Positions 11,536-20,100 of a DNA stretch of 64,000 nucleotides are shown one piece after another. This stretch comes from Alphaproteobacteria bacterium (GTDB lineage Bacteria > Pseudomonadota > Alphaproteobacteria > SHVP01). How positions within the stretch are numbered: the stretch's first letter is position 1; every line of letters begins with the position of its first letter. Made by a program: the position numbers and the translations under genes. The stretch is taken from positions 12,758 to 76,757 of the forward strand of contig JAYOEZ010000005.1 of the NCBI GenBank assembly GCA_038116985.1. Direction: 5' to 3'. The notes beneath the pieces are model-generated. The model was not told where the DNA came from. It saw only the letters and a program-made list of their open reading frames with translations, and did not search any database.

Positions 11536-12282
11536 ATGGCCAATCTCTCGCCTTGCCCGATCTGCGATTCGACCGCGCAGGAACCGTTCGCTGAGAAGAA
11601 CGGCTGCGCCATCGTGCGCTGCGCCTGCGGCTTCGCCTTTCAGTCGCCGCTGCCAGAGGCCGAGGAGACCCAAGCGCTCTACGACGACGCCTACGGCGGC
11701 ACCACCGAGGGCTATTTCGGCAAGGTCGACAAGAAGATGCGGCGCTCGCGCGGCCGCGCTCAACGGCTACGCAAGATCAAACCTGCTCCCGGCGCGCGCT
11801 TTCTCGACGTCGGCGCGAGCGGCGGCTTCATGCTGGAGGCGGCGCGTGAGGCAGGGTTCGACGTGCAGGGCGTGGAACTCGATCCGCGCTCGGTCGCATA
11901 CGCGAAGTCGCACTATCCCCTGTGCGCAATCCATCACGGCACGATCGAGGGGTTTCTCGGCACTGCGCCCGAAGCCGCGTCGGGTTTCGACATGATCTAC
12001 TGCGCCGAGGTGATCGAGCACGTACCCGACGTGAACGGCTTTGTCGCTGCGATCGTCGCACTGATGAAGCCTGACGGACGGCTGTATCTGACTACGCCCG
12101 ACATCGGCCACTGGCGTCGGCCCAGGGACATCCAGCAATGGGATGCGTTCGACCCACCGGCGCATTGCCTCTACTTCGATCGGGATTCGCTGTCGCGACT
12201 TCTGGCCAAGCACGGTTTGCGGATCGTCCGGCGCGATCTCGCACTCAAGCCGGGGCTCAAGGTCCTGGTCTCAAGAATCTAG
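11536..12282 (+). CDS. Class I SAM-dependent methyltransferase with N-terminal Cys (Zn-ribbon) motif
   Basis: CPIC...[24 protein letters not shown]. Confidence 0.85.
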   Translation: MANLSPCPICDSTAQEPFAEKNGCAIVRCACGFAFQSPLPEAEETQALYDDAYGGTTEGYFGKVDKKMRRSRGRAQRLRKIKPAPGARFLDVGASGGFMLEAAREAGFDVQGVELDPRSVAYAKSHYPLCAIHHGTIEGFLGTAPEAASGFDMIYCAEVIEHVPDVNGFVAAIVALMKPDGRLYLTTPDIGHWRRPRDIQQWDAFDPPAHCLYFDRDSLSRLLAKHGLRIVRRDLALKPGLKVLVSRI

Positions 12283-14072
12283 TTGTCGCCGTCCTTCGCC
12301 CACCACGACTCGAGCACGAAGCCGTAGGTCGGGATCACGTCGGGCCGAGCGAATTTGTCCCAATAGGCGAGGCGGTCGACGCCCGAATGGTACAGCGGCA
12401 CGACGTAGTGGCCGGCGAGGAGCACGCGGTCGAGCGCACGCATCGCGGCGACCAGCGCATCGCGGTCGCGCGAGCCGGTGACCTTTTCGATCAGGCCGTC
12501 TACGGCGGCGCTCTGGATGCCGATGTAGTTGCGCGTACCGTCCTGTTCGGCCGCGGCCGAACCCCAGTAGTGCGCCTGCTCGTTGCCCGGCGACAGGGTG
12601 ATGCGCCAGGTGTGGATGATGATGTCATAGTCGTAGGTCTGGCGGCGGAACTCGAACTGCGCGGTGTCGACAGTGCGCACGTTGGCTTTGACCCCGAGAC
12701 GTTCGAGGTTGCGCGCATAGGCGAGCGCGATGCGCTCGTTCTCGGGAAACACCAGCAGGATTTCGAAAGTTAGCGGCGTGCCGTCGGACTGGCGCACCAT
12801 GACGCCGTCGCGCACGGCCCAGCCAGCGTCACGCAGGAGCTTCAACGCCGCGCGCAGGTTGCGGCGGATGTTGCCCGACCCGTCGGTCGTGGGCAGAGGC
12901 GCGAGCGGCTCGAACGCGGCATCCGGGATTTGTCCACGCCAGGGTTCGAGCAAGGCCAGCTCTGCGGGAGACGGCGCGCCCGCGGCGGCCAGCTCGGAGT
13001 TGGCGAAGAAACTCTGCGTGCGCTGGTAGGCGCCATGCAGCAGGTTGGCGTTGATCCATTCGAAATCGAAGGCGTAGCCGAGCGCTTCGCGCACGCGCGC
13101 GTCGGCGAAGATCTCGCGGCGCGTGTTGAAGACGAAGGCGCGCATTCCGGCGGGCCGCTGGTTGGCGAGTTCCTCGCGCTTGACGCGGCCGTCGTTGGCA
13201 GCGGGAAAGTCGTAGCCGGTCGCCCACTGCGTCGCCGAGCCTTCATAGCGGAAGTCGAAGGCGCCTGTCTTGAACGCCTCGAACAGGACGTTGCCGTCGC
13301 GGAAGTACTCGTAGCGGATGGTGTCGAAGTTGTCCTGGCCGCGGTTGATCGGCAGGTCCTTCGCCCAGTAGTCGTCGGCGCGTTCGTAGACGATGCTGCG
13401 CCCGGGATCGACCTCGGCGACGCGGTAGGGGCCGGACGCGAGCGGCGGCTCGAAGGTCGTTTCGTCGAACGTATGAGCGCTGTAGTAGGCCTTGGAGATG
13501 ATCGGCATCAGACCCATGAGCAGCGGCAGCTCGCGGTCGGCCTGCGCCGGGTCGAAGGCGAAGCGCACGCCGCGCTCGCCGACGCGTTCTGCCTTGAGCA
13601 CGCGGGCGTAGAACAGCCGCATGTTGGCGCGCCCCTGATCGCGCAGCGTTTCCCAGGAGAAGATCACGTCATCGACGGTGATGGGCGAGCCGTCATGGAA
13701 ACGCGCTTCGGGGCGCAGGGTGAACTCTACCCAGCTGCGGTCCTCGGGCGTCTCGACGGTTTCGGCGATGAGGCCGTACAACGAGAAGGGCTCGTCCCAC
13801 GCACGCTTGAGCAGCGTATCGAACGCGTGATGCCGACCGGCGGCGGCGTTGCCCTTGAGAATGAAGGGATTGAGCGAATCGAAGGTGCCCTGCAGGCCGC
13901 GGCGCAGCGACCCGCCCTTGGGCGCATCCGGATTGACGTAGTCAAGGTGGTCGAAGCCTGGCGGATACTTCGGCGCGCCGTGCATCGCGATGCCATGCAT
14001 CGGCTCGGCCGCCGCCGCACCCACAAAGGCGAGCGCCAGCAGGCAGACGAGCGCGACGCGCGACAGGCTCAA
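12279..14072 (-). CDS. ABC transporter extracellular solute-binding protein, family 5 (YejA-like)
   Basis: Signal peptide, HGIAMHGAPKY, YVNPDAPKGG, GTFDSLNPF, ARFHDG, SGPY. Confidence 0.92.
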   Translation of the reverse strand: MSLSRVALVCLLALAFVGAAAAEPMHGIAMHGAPKYPPGFDHLDYVNPDAPKGGSLRRGLQGTFDSLNPFILKGNAAAGRHHAFDTLLKRAWDEPFSLYGLIAETVETPEDRSWVEFTLRPEARFHDGSPITVDDVIFSWETLRDQGRANMRLFYARVLKAERVGERGVRFAFDPAQADRELPLLMGLMPIISKAYYSAHTFDETTFEPPLASGPYRVAEVDPGRSIVYERADDYWAKDLPINRGQDNFDTIRYEYFRDGNVLFEAFKTGAFDFRYEGSATQWATGYDFPAANDGRVKREELANQRPAGMRAFVFNTRREIFADARVREALGYAFDFEWINANLLHGAYQRTQSFFANSELAAAGAPSPAELALLEPWRGQIPDAAFEPLAPLPTTDGSGNIRRNLRAALKLLRDAGWAVRDGVMVRQSDGTPLTFEILLVFPENERIALAYARNLERLGVKANVRTVDTAQFEFRRQTYDYDIIIHTWRITLSPGNEQAHYWGSAAAEQDGTRNYIGIQSAAVDGLIEKVTGSRDRDALVAAMRALDRVLLAGHYVVPLYHSGVDRLAYWDKFARPDVIPTYGFVLESWWAKDGDN

Positions 14073-14079
14073 TGTGCGA

Positions 14080-14757
14080 TCAGCTCCCGAACAGCAGTTC
14101 GTGGTTCATGCCGAGGAAGGCTGTGATCGCGGCAAACACCCAGATGCCGATGACGAAAGGCACCGCGTGGTTCAGCGACCGCGTCATCTGGCCCTCGACC
14201 TCGGGCGAGGAGCCTTCGCTCATCAGCCTGGCAAAGGCCGAGCCGAACGGCGTGAAGGTCACGCGGATGCCGACCCCGCAGCACACGGCGCCCGCGAACA
14301 GCAGGATCTTGATCGGCAGCCATTCGGTTTCGTAGGGACCGGCCCCGGCGAGCGAGGTGATCGCCGGGATCGCCAGCGCAAGAATGAAGGCATAGCGCAG
14401 ATAGAGATCGAGCCGGGTCAGCCGCTTCGCCGCGTCGGTGCCTTCGCGGTGGTGAATCTGCCAGACCATGTAGACCCACGCCGCGGCGGCGATCCACACG
14501 ATGTAGAGCCAGATACCGTCGATCGGCGAGTAGCCGAGGTTCGCCGCGAGCGTCGCGCCGACCGGGAAGGTGAGAATCAGCATGTAGCGCGGAATCATGT
14601 CGATCCACGCCAGCACCTTGAGCAGCGTCGCGCGCGTCTGCGGACTGTACTTCGGATTGACCACAAGGCGCGCCGAGTAGAACACGCCAAGGTCGGCGCC
14701 GACCCAGTAAACGAACGTGATGACGTGCAACAGCTTGAAGAGGTCCTGCCATTCCAT
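14080..14757 (-). CDS. Uncharacterised multi-pass membrane protein (paralog 3 of 3; HemJ/CopD/DUF2269-like motifs)
   Basis: HVITFVYWVGADLGVFY, WLPIK, CGVGIR, EGSSPE shared with two neighbours. Confidence 0.85.
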   Translation of the reverse strand: MEWQDLFKLLHVITFVYWVGADLGVFYSARLVVNPKYSPQTRATLLKVLAWIDMIPRYMLILTFPVGATLAANLGYSPIDGIWLYIVWIAAAAWVYMVWQIHHREGTDAAKRLTRLDLYLRYAFILALAIPAITSLAGAGPYETEWLPIKILLFAGAVCCGVGIRVTFTPFGSAFARLMSEGSSPEVEGQMTRSLNHAVPFVIGIWVFAAITAFLGMNHELLFGS

Positions 14758-14766
14758 CGCCGCCTC

Positions 14767-15435
14767 CTACAGGTTCGGTTGGGCGATGCCGAGCAGCGAC
14801 ATCACGACGAGGCCGGCCCAGAGGGACAGCACCCAGGGTTTCACGCGAATCACAGGCACCCGCAGCGCCGCTTCGGTTTCGGGCGTCGAGCCTTCCGCCA
14901 TGAAGCGACCGAAGGCCATGCCGAAATTGGCGAAGGTAAAGCGGATGCCAAGGCCGCAGACCAGGATGAAGGCGAACAGAAGCACCTTCAGTGCGAGCCA
15001 GTTCGAGGCGAACGGTTCGCCGTTGGCGAACGAGGCGATGGCGGCGATTGTCAGCACCGCGATCAGCACGATGCGGATCCAAAGATCGATGTTCGAATAG
15101 GTCTTGCCCAGGGGCGTGCCGCGCTGCGAGGCGGCGCCGACCGAGATCAGGAGCCAGATGCCCGCAAGAGCCCAAGGCAACGCGAGCCAGCCGCCGTCGA
15201 TCGGCGAAAGACCCTTGCCCGCCGCCAGCATCAAGCCAACCGGCAGCATCATGATCGAGGCAACCGACGGGAAGAAGTTGACGAAGCTGAGTACACGCAC
15301 GATGGCGCCGCGGGTCTCCGGCGAATTCTCGGGTTTGATGATCTGCAGCGACGAATAGAAGACGCTGATGTCCGCGCCCAGCCAGTAAACCAGCAGGACG
15401 ACGTGGACCATGATCCAGAGGGTTTGTGGGTCCAT
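14767..15435 (-). CDS. Uncharacterised multi-pass membrane protein (paralog 2 of 3)
   Basis: HVVLLVYWLGADISVFY, WLALK, CGLGIR, EGSTPE. Confidence 0.85.
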   Translation of the reverse strand: MDPQTLWIMVHVVLLVYWLGADISVFYSSLQIIKPENSPETRGAIVRVLSFVNFFPSVASIMMLPVGLMLAAGKGLSPIDGGWLALPWALAGIWLLISVGAASQRGTPLGKTYSNIDLWIRIVLIAVLTIAAIASFANGEPFASNWLALKVLLFAFILVCGLGIRFTFANFGMAFGRFMAEGSTPETEAALRVPVIRVKPWVLSLWAGLVVMSLLGIAQPNL

Positions 15436-15517
15436 GACGATTGGGTCCTTCAGGGGGCTCGCAAGGTTGGGGCCGCACGAATGCTAGCGGGCGGCCATGA
15501 CACGGTCCAACGAGCGG

Positions 15518-16195
15518 TTAGAATCCGGGCTTCCAGGTGCCGATGAACGCGGCCAGCGCGACCAGCACCCAGATGCCCTTGACGAAATTGCGCGAACGCT
15601 TGGCGGCAGCATTGAGCCTGGCCTCGCGCTCGGGCGTGGAGCCCTCTGCCTTGATCTCGGCGAAGGCCTCGACGTAGGGCTTGATCGACACGCGGATGCC
15701 GATGCCGCAGCCGATCGTGGCGGCGAAGATCAACAGCTTGAGTGCGACGAAGTTCTGGGTGATGGGCTCGTTCTCGATGAACGACCAGATTGCGATGACG
15801 ACGAAGGTGATCATCAACGCCCAGCGCAAACGCAGATCGAACTTGGCCCAGGGCGCCTTTTTTGCAGCGTCCTTTTCGAGGTGCAGCCACCACACCAGCA
15901 CCAACCATGCCGCGCCGAAAATCCAAAAGGCGATAAGCCAGGTCGACGAAATGGTCAGATAGCCGTGGATCGCAGCGACCGAGAACCCGGTCGGGACCAT
16001 GAGCACCATCGTCGTCTTGGGCGCCATGTCGATGTCGCCGGTGATGCGCGCGAGCAGGGTGCGCGTCGGCACGTCGTACTTGGGATTGTTGCGGAAGAAG
16101 CTCGTGTAGAAGACGCCGATGTCGCCGCCGAGCCAGTAGACGAACAACAGCAAGTGCACCCAGATGATCAGGCTTTGCCAGAAATCGAGATCCAT
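15518..16195 (-). CDS. Uncharacterised multi-pass membrane protein (paralog 1 of 3)
   Basis: HLLLFVYWLGGDIGVFY, FVALK, CGIGIR, EGSTPE; GGAGG RBS before ATG 16195. Confidence 0.85.
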   Translation of the reverse strand: MDLDFWQSLIIWVHLLLFVYWLGGDIGVFYTSFFRNNPKYDVPTRTLLARITGDIDMAPKTTMVLMVPTGFSVAAIHGYLTISSTWLIAFWIFGAAWLVLVWWLHLEKDAAKKAPWAKFDLRLRWALMITFVVIAIWSFIENEPITQNFVALKLLIFAATIGCGIGIRVSIKPYVEAFAEIKAEGSTPEREARLNAAAKRSRNFVKGIWVLVALAAFIGTWKPGF

Positions 16196-16263
16196 GAACC
16201 CCTCCCCGCGTAAATAGCGATTCTGTTTAGCAGAAAAACCGGAAAAGGGCGCGAGTTTGGGGC

Positions 16264-17148
16264 TTACGACCGCTGCGCGAGTCGGCGGTAGCTGAGCGCT
16301 TCTGGGATGTGCAGGCGGCGGACGGTATCGGCGCCGTCCAGGTCGGCCAGCGTGCGCGCAACGCGCAGCACGCGGTGGTAGGCCCGCGCCGAGAGCTTCA
16401 TGGCGTCGACCGCGTCGGAAAGGAGTTGCGCGCCCGGGGCGTCGGGGGATGCGACCTGCATCAGCAGGTCGCCGTCGGCCTCGGCGTTGGTGCGCACGAT
16501 GCGGCCGTTGACGTGACCCTTGTAGCGTTCCGTCTGCAGCGTGCGGGCCGCGGCGACGCGCGCGGCGACCTCGGCCGAGCCTTCCGCCGGCGGCGGCAGC
16601 GACAGATCGGCCGCGACGACGGGCGGCACCTCGATATGCAGGTCGATGCGGTCGAACATCGGGCCGGAGATGCGCGCCTGATAGGCGCCAGCGCAATGGG
16701 GCGCGCGGTTGCAGGCGAGACCGGCGTCGCCCAGGTGGCCGCAGCGGCACGGATTCATCGCCGCGACGAGTTGCACGCGCGCCGGATAGGTCACGTGCGT
16801 GTTGGCGCGTGCGATGGTGACGCTGCCGGTCTCCAGCGGCTGGCGCAGCGATTCCAGAACCTGGCCGTTGAACTCGGGCAACTCGTCTAGGAACAGCACG
16901 CCGAGGTGGGCGAGCGTGACCTCGCCCGGGCGCGCCTTGGTGCCGCCGCCGACCATCGCGGGCTGCGAGGCGTTGTGGTGAGGATCGCGAAACGGGCGGC
17001 GGCGTGTGAGGCGGCCGTCCTTGATGAGGCCTGCGACCGAGGCGACCATCGACACCTCCAGCGTTTCGCGTGCGTCCAGGGGCGGCAGCAGGCCGGGCAG
17101 CCGCGCCGCCAGCATCGACTTGCCCGAGCCGGGTGGGCCGGTCATCAG
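16264..17148 (-). pseudogene. comM: comM/yifB Mg-chelatase-like AAA+ ATPase, 3' half (interrupted gene)
   Basis: LMTGPPGSGKS Walker A, RPFRDPHH, LFLDELPEF, AAMNPCRCG, RVARTLADL. Confidence 0.92.
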
Positions 17149-17427
17149 CCCGTGGTGGTCGTCAAGACCCCTGACGACGCCCCCTAGCGAGGCAGGCGGC
17201 CAAAAACAGATACGAGGCGGCTTTCGGAAGAGAAGACGCTGCAACGATCATGTTCGTCTTCCGTCTGAGGTGCGGTAGTTCGTCTGACGCGACTAGACCT
17301 CCTGGCTTCCCGCCCCCGCCCGGTCTCACAACTCACCAAAAGGGGCATTTCAGGAACGCCGCGCCGAGCTTCGAAAGCAATTTGCCAAGGTACTTTCTTC
17401 AGCGAACGGCGTCGGACCATGAAAGGG

Positions 17428-17868
17428 CTAGTCCTCTTCGGGGCCCTCCGTTTCCACTAATTTCTCGAGAGTTACGTGCGCTGCACTAGCTTGCTTGCAG
17501 AGCTTCAGGACTTGGCGGCTAGCAGGATTGGCCACGACAACGACCAACTTCTTCACCTTTGCCTCCGCAACAACCCAATAGTCGCTTGTGTCATAGGACT
17601 TCGCGAACAGCGAGGTCGTGTACTCCTGCGAAAACTTGGTTGCGGTCATCCACACCTTGTCAGTTGAAGGAAGGCGGGCCTCTTTGAAAGGGCTAATCCT
17701 TGCAAACGTCTCTGGTGAAACGTCTTTCACACGGTCCCAGACATCAAACGGTATTAGCAGGCGGCCACTTTCGAGGAGGCCAATAATGGTGTCCCAGACA
17801 ATGTTCGAAGCACCGGCGAGCGACAGCAGTGTCGTCGCATCGATGACGTATTTCTGAGACTTGCTCAC
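17428..17868 (-). CDS. DUF4411-like PIN-fold protein
   Basis: YVID N-terminal strand, W...G.L, D-x-W-VVA, late Cys; GTGA coupling to upstream peptidase. Confidence 0.7.
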   Translation of the reverse strand: MSKSQKYVIDATTLLSLAGASNIVWDTIIGLLESGRLLIPFDVWDRVKDVSPETFARISPFKEARLPSTDKVWMTATKFSQEYTTSLFAKSYDTSDYWVVAEAKVKKLVVVVANPASRQVLKLCKQASAAHVTLEKLVETEGPEED

Positions 17869-19022
17869 CTGTCCCGCATTTTGTCGATGCGGTTTTCCAT
17901 GGCCGTGCGCACTTCGTTGGCTTGATCAGGCTTGAGCTTCGTCAGACTGAACAGCTGTAACGGGGTGAGCAGCCCGCGATCCGCCGCAACTAGGGCGGCA
18001 TTTGCGGCAAATACCCCAAGCTGTGCGAGCTTTCGATCTGCAGCAGAAGACCGACCAAAGCGCGGCGGTTCTGGGAACTGGCCATCCGAGAACTGAGAAA
18101 TCCAATCGCTTCGAAAACCATCGTCGACGAACGACAGTTGTTCGAGGCGGATCGCAAGCGCGTCCTGAGTCACCTGCAAGCGCTCAGCCATCTTAGCTAA
18201 TGCGGTGTTCCGTCGAGCGCGTATCCGCACATCAGCAGTGAAAACCGCTTTGACAAGATCGCTCGGCATCAAGAAGGACGCGGCAAAGGCGTTACAGAAG
18301 ACTTCGGTGCGGTTCAGCGATCGAGTGAAGTCGGAAATGCCCGTTTGCCTCAGCAGGACGTGGCCGAGCTCGTGGACAAGCGTAAACGCTCGTGCGCCGC
18401 CTGAGTGTTCTTGGGTGTTAAAGACGATTGTAGGAGGTTGTTCAGGCTCGAAGAGACAGAACCCTCGGCTATCCTCTAGGGGATAGCTACGGGCAAGAAC
18501 AACGATGCCCCGCCTTTCGATCTCGTAGCGTAGAAGCTGAAGAAAATTTGGTGCACCTCGCCCGATCTGGTCATCCGTCGTGATGCCAAGCAGCTTCCTA
18601 ATCGATGAGGCGGCCTCAGCGGGATCCTGCTCCAGAGACAAATCCGGGAGGTTCTCGACTACCCACGAGGTGAGGATGTCTGGGTCATCCTCGATTAGTT
18701 CTGCTAGAGCCGCTTGAAGGCGCTTGGCCTCAAAGATTGCCTTCGTGGCCTTGGGACCAAGTTTCGCCGGTGCACCCCTCCTAGTTCGAAAATCGGGGAT
18801 GCTAAGCAGAGCTTCGGGCGGGGTCTGCGTGTAACCAAAAACCAGCGATGGAACGGAAAGGACATCTGCGAACTTTTTTACTAGACCGTAGGGAGGCGGC
18901 TCATCATTGCGCTCAATGCGCTGGGGCTCAGCCTTTACCAACTTGGCAAGCCCACTGATGCTAAACCCTCGGTTCTCCCGAAGCTCCTTGAGGACAGTTC
19001 CGTTGATGTTGACTGTGGTCAT
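17865..19022 (-). CDS. XRE-HTH + ImmA/IrrE family zinc metallopeptidase (also C-terminal part of a 725-aa fusion ORF)
   Basis: INGTVLKELRENRGFS HTH, PDFR linker, RAFTLVHELGH (HExxH), EVFCNAFAASFLMP. Confidence 0.88.
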   Translation of the reverse strand: MTTVNINGTVLKELRENRGFSISGLAKLVKAEPQRIERNDEPPPYGLVKKFADVLSVPSLVFGYTQTPPEALLSIPDFRTRRGAPAKLGPKATKAIFEAKRLQAALAELIEDDPDILTSWVVENLPDLSLEQDPAEAASSIRKLLGITTDDQIGRGAPNFLQLLRYEIERRGIVVLARSYPLEDSRGFCLFEPEQPPTIVFNTQEHSGGARAFTLVHELGHVLLRQTGISDFTRSLNRTEVFCNAFAASFLMPSDLVKAVFTADVRIRARRNTALAKMAERLQVTQDALAIRLEQLSFVDDGFRSDWISQFSDGQFPEPPRFGRSSAADRKLAQLGVFAANAALVAADRGLLTPLQLFSLTKLKPDQANEVRTAMENRIDKMRDR

Positions 19023-20042
19023 GTCGCGGCCCCCATGTCTTTCCCCCACATAGGGGGCACCTCCACGTTTTCCCTTGGTCACGCGGGTCATCGTGGAGCC
19101 GCACTTCGGGCATTTGGCGAGCCCAGCGAGGATGCTTCGAACCTCTTTTCCAGAGTGACGGCCCCTTGCGGACCCGCGCACTGCGCTCAACGTTTGGACG
19201 GTCTCGTAGGTCTCAGGGTCAACAATGGCCGGGTAATAGCCGGTGACAGGCTCAAGCGGGAGGCGAGAACGCCGCGCACCATCGTACACCAACTCGTGGG
19301 GAACGAAGGTTCCGACAACGGCCGGATTTGACAGCAACCGAACCACTGAGGACCGGTGCCACCGCAATCCCGTACCAAACGTGGCGACGCACTGCCTATT
19401 TAGCCTTTCAACAATGGAGTGCGCCCCAGCGCCAGAACGAGCGAGGTCGAAGACCTTGCGGACCACGGCCGCTCGCTCCTCCAAGACACGCCACCGCTTC
19501 TTCGCAGATAGTTCGAGCCAAGCGGGTCCTCTAGCCGTTATTGGGCGCACGTGAGCCTCGCGACGCATTTTTGCCCACGCTGCTTTGAGGCGCCGTGACT
19601 TGGTCTCACTCTCCTCATTTGCACGCATGGAGACGATGAACGCTGTGAGAAACCCAATCGGATTGTCGAGGTCCGCCTCGGTATATCGCTTACCATCAAC
19701 AAGGGTGACAACGGTAATACCCTCGGCGCAGATGTTCTCGAGCCCCCTCATGGCATGCCGTGGAACCAGACGACTGAGCCGGTCCAAGCTTTCGACGAGT
19801 AGGAAAGACCCCCTGGGCACTAGCCCCTCGCGAACCGCTGCCAGGAAGTCTCCGAGCCGGCCGCTATCAGCATTGGCTCCTCTAAACGCCGACACGCCCA
19901 AATCTCTGAACGTGAGCGCCGTGTCCAAGTCAAGATCGTGCTTCCGCGCGTAATCTGCGGCGAGTTCGGTTTGCCTGCGGAAGGAGTCTCCCGACATCTG
20001 TTCGGGGGTCGAGAACCTAAGGTAGGAAAAGGCTTTCGCCAT
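19023..20042 (-). CDS. Large serine recombinase, C-terminally truncated and read through in frame into the HTH-peptidase
   Basis: YLRFST catalytic Ser, DLGVSAF, VESLDRLSR, EESETKSRR, YPAIVD, only first CxxC (CPKC) of the Zn ribbon; no stop before 19022. Confidence 0.88.
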
Positions 20043-20100
20043 GGCACGAAACTCCAAGTTTTGTTGCTGCTCTAGTGGCACCTAATGGGTCTCGAGTTCC

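Noticed and set aside
16221-16235. Imperfect palindrome TTCTGTTTAGCAGAA upstream of the membrane triplet
   Set aside because: Short, single copy and no cognate regulator nearby; too weak to call an operator.
17149-17427. Short ORFs (17184..17420, 17250..17489) or a defined ncRNA in the element end
   Set aside because: No RBS or recognisable motifs; only a weak GAAGACG/CGTCTTC repeat, not enough to call a feature.
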